Shown here: piece after piece, positions 50,636 to 55,006 of the stretch
How positions within the stretch are numbered: position 1 is the stretch's first letter
Layout: the number at the start of each line of letters is the position of its first letter
NCBI GenBank assembly: GCA_964408935.1
Contig: CAYPBF010000003.1
Span: forward strand, 1 to 55,006
Reading direction: 5' to 3'
Origin: an uncultured Dehalococcoidales bacterium
GTDB lineage: Bacteria > Chloroflexota > Dehalococcoidia > Dehalococcoidales > BS750m-G39
Length of the DNA: 55,006 nt
Notes under the pieces: model-generated
What the model saw: the letters and a program-made list of their open reading frames with translations, nothing else
Databases searched by the model: none
What the model was told of the DNA's origin: nothing
Translations under genes and position numbers: made by a program

Positions 50636-51121
50636 ATGCCAGTACCTGGAGTACCGATTTTAGAAGGTTTATATCCATCGACTCTGGACCTTTATCCTTT
50701 TGAGGCCAAGGAATTTAACCGGGTTCACCAGTTCTACGAGAACTTGAGGGCAAACCGCTTTACCACCACCAAGTGTAAGAAATGCGGCACTACGCCTTTC
50801 CCGCCGCGGGTCGTCTGCCCCAAGTGTAATTCGGACGACCTGGAGTGGGTGGACTTGCCCACCAAGGGTAAGGTGCTGCGTTTCACCGAGGAGGTGGCGG
50901 GAGTGCCCCTGGGCTTCGATGCCCCCCTGATTCACGCCCTTATTGAGCTGGAAGACGGGCACAAGCTTATCTGCCGTATCGCTAATTGTAAGGAAGGGGA
51001 ACTTAAAGAGGGTGCGGCCGTACGGCTGTTTGCCTATGAGGTACCACCCATGATTGTGGAGAATAGGGGTGTCATGAAGGAAGTACCCCGAATGTTCTTT
51101 GCTTTTGAACCGGTGAAGTAG
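50636..51121 (+). CDS. Zn-ribbon/OB-fold DUF35 protein 2
   Basis: CKKCG..PFPPRVVCPKC, ALIELEDG. Confidence 0.9.
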   Translation: MPVPGVPILEGLYPSTLDLYPFEAKEFNRVHQFYENLRANRFTTTKCKKCGTTPFPPRVVCPKCNSDDLEWVDLPTKGKVLRFTEEVAGVPLGFDAPLIHALIELEDGHKLICRIANCKEGELKEGAAVRLFAYEVPPMIVENRGVMKEVPRMFFAFEPVK

Positions 51122-51127
51122 TATAAT
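51099..51127 (+). promoter_or_regulatory. Sigma-70 promoter of rplJ-rplL
   Basis: TTGCTT-17-TATAAT; the -35 box lies inside the DUF35-2 CDS. Confidence 0.65.
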
Positions 51128-51149
51128 ACCAAAACAATCGAATAAAACA

Positions 51150-51262
51150 TTTCCGAAGACAGCGGGTGCCCCTTAAGGGGGCTCAAATTCAATGCCTGCC
51201 GAGGATAAAAAGGGTTGAGTCTTTTAAGTCCTTGCGCGGCAGGTGCAAGGACTCATTTTTTA
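51150..51262 (+). promoter_or_regulatory. L10 leader (r-protein autoregulatory RNA) with downstream terminator-like hairpin
   Basis: CCGAAGACAGCGGG...CCTGCCGAGG core; hairpin AGTCCTTGC/GCAAGGACT followed by a T-tract; upstream of rplJ. Confidence 0.88.
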
Positions 51263-51279
51263 TAGGGGGGTGATGAATA

Positions 51280-51807
51280 TTGGCCACTAGGGAAGAGAAG
51301 GCGCAGATTATCGACAGCCTGCAGGAGATTTTCTCCAAGTGCAGCGTCGGTGTGCTGACTGACTATCGGGGTCTGACGGCGGCCGAGATGACTGAGCTGC
51401 GCCGCAAATTGAGAGAAGCCAACGTTGAGTATCGGGTAGTGAAGAACACGCTGGCGCGCTTTGCCGCCGAGAGGGCGGGCAAGGACGAGCTGTTGGGCTT
51501 CTTCGAGGGACCGGTGGCGATTGCCTTCGGCTACGGTGATATTACCGAGCCGCCCAAGGCCTTAGCCGCCTATATCGAGGACGCTAAGGTGGAGATGACG
51601 TTCAAGGGCGGCTTCTTACCCGATAGGATGCTCAGCCTGGAGGAAGTCGAGAGCCTGTCGAAGCTACCGTCAAGGGAGATTCTGCTGGCCAGGGTCGTGG
51701 GCGGAATACAAAGCCCATTGGCGGCTTTGGTCAGCCGTCTTAACGCCCCGATGGCGGGGCTGGTGGGAGTATTGCAAGCTAGGATTAAACAATTGGAGGG
51801 AAAATAA
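51280..51807 (+). CDS. rplJ: 50S ribosomal protein L10
   Basis: [29 protein letters not shown]. Confidence 0.97.
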   Translation: MATREEKAQIIDSLQEIFSKCSVGVLTDYRGLTAAEMTELRRKLREANVEYRVVKNTLARFAAERAGKDELLGFFEGPVAIAFGYGDITEPPKALAAYIEDAKVEMTFKGGFLPDRMLSLEEVESLSKLPSREILLARVVGGIQSPLAALVSRLNAPMAGLVGVLQARIKQLEGK

Positions 51808-51809
51808 AA

Positions 51810-52490
51810 ATGGCAGAAGAAGCCAAGGAAAAGAAAGAGGAGAAAGCCGAGGCTGAGGTGAAGGAACCCGAAGCGGAAGAGCCGAAGGCTCAACCCGAAG
51901 CGGAAGAGCCAAAGGCTCAACCCGAAGCGGAAGAGCCAAAGGCTCAACCCGAAGCCAAGGCTGAAGAGAAGCCTGAGGCCAAAGCCGAGGAGAAGCCCGA
52001 AGCTGAGGCGAAACCGGAGGCCAAGGCGGAAGCTAAACCGGAACCGAAGCCAGAGCCTAAACCGGAGCCTAAGGCCGAGGAGAAGAAGGCGCCTAAGAAG
52101 CTATCCAAGGGCGTCGAGGACATTATGAACACCATAAAGAAGATGACCGTCCTCGAGCTTTCCGAGCTGGTAGGCGCTCTTGAAGACGAGTTCGGCGTCA
52201 GTGCTTCGGTGGCGGTGGCGGCTCCGGCCGCGGGTGGGGCGGCAGCAGGCGCCGCGGCTCCGGCGTCCACCGAGGAGCAGACGGAGTTCAGTGTCGTCCT
52301 CAAAGACGTGGGGGCCAACAAGATTAACGTTATCCGTGCCGTCAGGGAGATGACGACGCTGGGCTTGAAGGAAGCCAAGGACTTCGTCGAGAGTGCTCCA
52401 CAGACGGTAAAAGAGGGAGTTACCAAGGACGAAGCCGCTAATATGAAACAAAAGCTTGAGGCGGCGGGCGCTACTGTTGAAGTAAAATAA
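51810..52490 (+). CDS. rplL: 50S ribosomal protein L7/L12 with ~97-aa E/P/K/A-rich N-terminal extension
   Basis: Core [58 protein letters not shown]. Confidence 0.95.
   Translation: MAEEAKEKKEEKAEAEVKEPEAEEPKAQPEAEEPKAQPEAEEPKAQPEAKAEEKPEAKAEEKPEAEAKPEAKAEAKPEPKPEPKPEPKAEEKKAPKKLSKGVEDIMNTIKKMTVLELSELVGALEDEFGVSASVAVAAPAAGGAAAGAAAPASTEEQTEFSVVLKDVGANKINVIRAVREMTTLGLKEAKDFVESAPQTVKEGVTKDEAANMKQKLEAAGATVEVK
51865..51955 (+). repeat. 27-bp coding tandem repeat, about 3.4 copies (QPEAEEPKA unit)
   Basis: AACCCGAAGCGGAAGAGCC(G/A)AAGGCTC starting at 51865, 51892, 51919, partial copy at 51946. Confidence 0.95.
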
Positions 52491-52505
52491 AGCGGGAGTT
52501 TTTCG

Positions 52506-52763
52506 GTGACTTCTGGCGATTATTGGCTACCTATCGCTATCGGTGGCTTTTTCGCCATCGTGGGCATCATCCTGGTTCTTTTGGGCCGGGGGGAGGAGAG
52601 ACATTACTACGACTCCCTGGCTCAGCGCACCGACGCCAGGGAGTTCCTGGAGCGATGGCCGGAGCGCCCACGTTTGGGGGCGCTTAAAATCGGCGGTTGG
52701 ATAACTATTATCGTCGGCGGGATGCTGATAATTATGGGTGGTGCCTTCTGGCTATGGGGCTAG
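52506..52763 (+). CDS. Small two-TM hypothetical membrane protein
   Basis: 85 aa, hydrophobic N and C helices around a charged loop. Confidence 0.7.
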   Translation: MTSGDYWLPIAIGGFFAIVGIILVLLGRGEERHYYDSLAQRTDAREFLERWPERPRLGALKIGGWITIIVGGMLIIMGGAFWLWG

Positions 52764-52844
52764 AGGGACGCGCTACCTATATCGTTTCTCGTCCTTAACT
52801 ATCGAATCTTTTATCCCGACGTGCCTGTGTTCACGGTTTTTTAG

Positions 52845-54080
52845 ATGAACATGATTAGCTCTCAGAGCGGTGGAAAAGGTTATCGCCTTTACGTGCTTAC
52901 TCTTGCGGCACTGTCCTGCACCTTTACTATTGCTATGCAACAGATTTGCATGTCCGTCCTCTTCAAGGAGGTAGCCGAGGACCTGGGCATGAACTTGGTT
53001 CAGATGGGCATAGTCTGGGGTATGCCCAACTTTGCTGGTTTGTTTATTGTCTTCGTCGCTGGCTTGCTTGCCGACCGTTTTGGAGCCCCGCGCGTCATGG
53101 GCATTGCCTGTATCCTGGCCGGCATCTTCGGTGCCCTCAGGGGTACTACCGGTGACTTTTTCAGTCTGGCGCTAGTTACCTTCTTTATGGGACTTTCCAT
53201 CTGGGTTCTACCCAGCAGCGTCTTTAAAACCACCGCCACCTGGTTTTCGGGGCGGAAACTGGTCATCGCCAACGGCGTGGTTTCGGCGGGCATGGGGCTG
53301 GGCTTTACCGTAGGCGCCCTGATTAGTGCCACCGTAATGTCACCATTGCTTGGCGGCTGGGAGAACGTGTTATTCTTGTATGGCGGCATATCGGTCTTCA
53401 TCGGATTGCTCTGGCTGCTCACCGTGAAGGAGCATAGCCAGGTGCACCTGGGAGCGGCACCGACCAAGGTGCCGTTGCGCCAGTCAATCTCACGCGTCTT
53501 TCCTATCAAAACCATCTGGCTTCTCGGCTTGACCCTTTTGGGCTATGGCGCTTGTATTCAGGGGGTGATTGGTTACTTGCCCACCTACCTGCGCAATATC
53601 GGCTGGGCGGCCGCCGGCGCCGACGGAACTGTGGCTGCCTTTAGTGCTCTGAGCACGCTGGGAGCTATTCCGCTGACCTTACTTTCGGCCAAGATCGGCT
53701 TGAGGAAGGCTGTTACCTTCCCGGTGCTGATAGTGGTCATTGTCGGTGTCGCCCTGCTGCCCCTGGTGGGTAGTGCCGCGGTCTGGGTGATAATGATAAT
53801 AATCGGCGTTACCCGTGACGGCTTTATGGCCGTCGTCCTAACCATAAGCACCGAAACCGAGGGGGTGGGGGTAGTCTATGCCGGCACGGCTATGGGGCTG
53901 ACGCAGACAATTATGAGCGTGGGTCCTCTTAGTTCTCCCGCCCTGGGTAACAGCCTGGCCGACCCCGCTAACCCCGCCGCCCCCTATCCCTTCTTCCTCT
54001 GGGCGGCCTTCGGGCTGATAGCATTAATCGCCTTTTGCTTCGTCAAGGAATCGGGCTGGCGGAATAAACCCCAGTTATGA
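52845..54080 (+). CDS. MFS transporter
   Basis: About 12 TM segments; motif A GLLADRFGAPRV. Confidence 0.92.
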   Translation: MNMISSQSGGKGYRLYVLTLAALSCTFTIAMQQICMSVLFKEVAEDLGMNLVQMGIVWGMPNFAGLFIVFVAGLLADRFGAPRVMGIACILAGIFGALRGTTGDFFSLALVTFFMGLSIWVLPSSVFKTTATWFSGRKLVIANGVVSAGMGLGFTVGALISATVMSPLLGGWENVLFLYGGISVFIGLLWLLTVKEHSQVHLGAAPTKVPLRQSISRVFPIKTIWLLGLTLLGYGACIQGVIGYLPTYLRNIGWAAAGADGTVAAFSALSTLGAIPLTLLSAKIGLRKAVTFPVLIVVIVGVALLPLVGSAAVWVIMIIIGVTRDGFMAVVLTISTETEGVGVVYAGTAMGLTQTIMSVGPLSSPALGNSLADPANPAAPYPFFLWAAFGLIALIAFCFVKESGWRNKPQL

Positions 54081-54089
54081 GAAGATGGG

Positions 54090-55006
54090 CTATACTAAAC
54101 TCCGGGGCCGATATTGAATGGCTTCGGCAATATGATTTGCCTTGATAATTTCGGTGTTTTCCAGGTCGGCGAGGGTGCGGCCAATCTTTAAGATGCGGTG
54201 GAAGGCGCGGGCGGAGAGGTAGAGCTGTTTCATGGCCGCCTTGAGTAGGCTCTGGGCTGATTCCTCGGTCTGGCAGTATTCCCTGACCTCAGTGGGCGTC
54301 ATCTCAGCGTTGCAAGCCAGCCCCGTGCCTTCAAAGCGCTGGCGCTGCTTTAAGCGCGCCGCCTCGACACGGCCCTGTACCTCCTTCGATTCCTCACCCA
54401 GCCTATCGTCGGCCAGCTTTTCGTAGTCGATGTGGGGTACCTCGATAAAGATATCCACCCTATCGATAAAAGGTCCGCTCATCCGCTTCTGGTAGCGGCT
54501 AACCAGGCTCGGTGAGCAGGTACACGCCTTGAAAGGGTCGCCGTAGTAGCCGCAGGGGCAGGGGTTCATCGCCCCCACCAGCATGAAGTTGGCGGGAAAG
54601 GTGACGCTGCCCTGGGCGCGGCTGATGGTGATTACCCTGTCTTCCAGGGGCTGGCGCAATACCTCCAGCACGGCGTGCCCGAACTCGGGTAGCTCGTCCA
54701 AGAATAATACCCCGCGATGGCTGAGGCTTATCTCACCTGGTCGGGGCCACTGTCCGCCCCCCACCAGCCCCGCATTAGAGATGCTGTGGTGGGGGGAACG
54801 GAAAGGGCGCTGCTTAATCAGCGGGGTGTTGGCCGGCAATAAGCCGCTGACGCTGTAGACCTTGGTCACTTCCAGGGCTTCTTCGTCGGTCATCGGTGGT
54901 AAGAGCGAGGGCAACGAGCGTGCCAGCAGCGTCTTGCCGCTGCCCGGTGGCCCCATCATAATCACGTTGTGTCCCCCCGCCGCCGCCACCTCCAAAGCCC
55001 GCTTGA
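54090..55006 (-). CDS. comM: YifB/ComM Mg-chelatase-like AAA+ ATPase (5' truncated by window)
   Basis: GPPGSGKT, PFRSPHHS.S, GEISLSHRGVLFLDELPEF, LRQPLED, AMNPCPCG, LSARAFHRILK. Confidence 0.93.
   Translation of the reverse strand, partial: KRALEVAAAGGHNVIMMGPPGSGKTLLARSLPSLLPPMTDEEALEVTKVYSVSGLLPANTPLIKQRPFRSPHHSISNAGLVGGGQWPRPGEISLSHRGVLFLDELPEFGHAVLEVLRQPLEDRVITISRAQGSVTFPANFMLVGAMNPCPCGYYGDPFKACTCSPSLVSRYQKRMSGPFIDRVDIFIEVPHIDYEKLADDRLGEESKEVQGRVEAARLKQRQRFEGTGLACNAEMTPTEVREYCQTEESAQSLLKAAMKQLYLSARAFHRILKIGRTLADLENTEIIKANHIAEAIQYRPRSLV

Noticed and set aside
51865-51955. CRISPR array
   Set aside because: The repeats are contiguous with no spacers, in frame within rplL, and no cas genes are present

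Overview
A 55-kb, GC-rich (roughly 55-60%), gene-dense bacterial window, mostly housekeeping. Gene content and style suggest Chloroflexota, probably Dehalococcoidia-like; this is inferred, and no reductive dehalogenase is present. In order: (1) amtB-glnK-glnA-nadE-nrpR nitrogen cluster; (2) a 9-kb minus-strand anaerobic catabolic operon (two atypical FAD oxidoreductases around an HdrD/GlcF-like Fe-S protein, CoxG, a three-subunit xanthine-oxidase-family molybdoenzyme, two small Cys/His proteins); (3) acyl-CoA synthetase (ADP-forming) alpha subunit, trxB, tRNA-Asp; (4) rpsF-ssb-rpsR and rpmH-rnpA-yidD-(beta-propeller lipoprotein)-yidC-jag; (5) T-box-controlled type 2 ileS with a non-canonical GIHH motif and an AT-rich internal patch; (6) htrA, ACD beta-acyl ligase-fabF, a small unannotated membrane-protein gene whose mRNA can fold back over its own RBS and start codon, a PadR-HAAS pair with twin candidate operators, and two DegV genes; (7) peptidase, Moco and other metabolic genes; (8) five tRNAs (six in the window counting tRNA-Asp), tuf-rpmG-secE-nusG-rplK-rplA, a four-gene thiolase/DUF35 cassette interrupting the cluster, then L10 leader-rplJ-rplL, where L7/L12 carries a ~97-aa repetitive N-terminal extension; (9) MFS transporter and a partial ComM/YifB ATPase. 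No transposase, integrase, prophage or CRISPR array was seen. All family assignments come from motif recognition by eye, not database searches.
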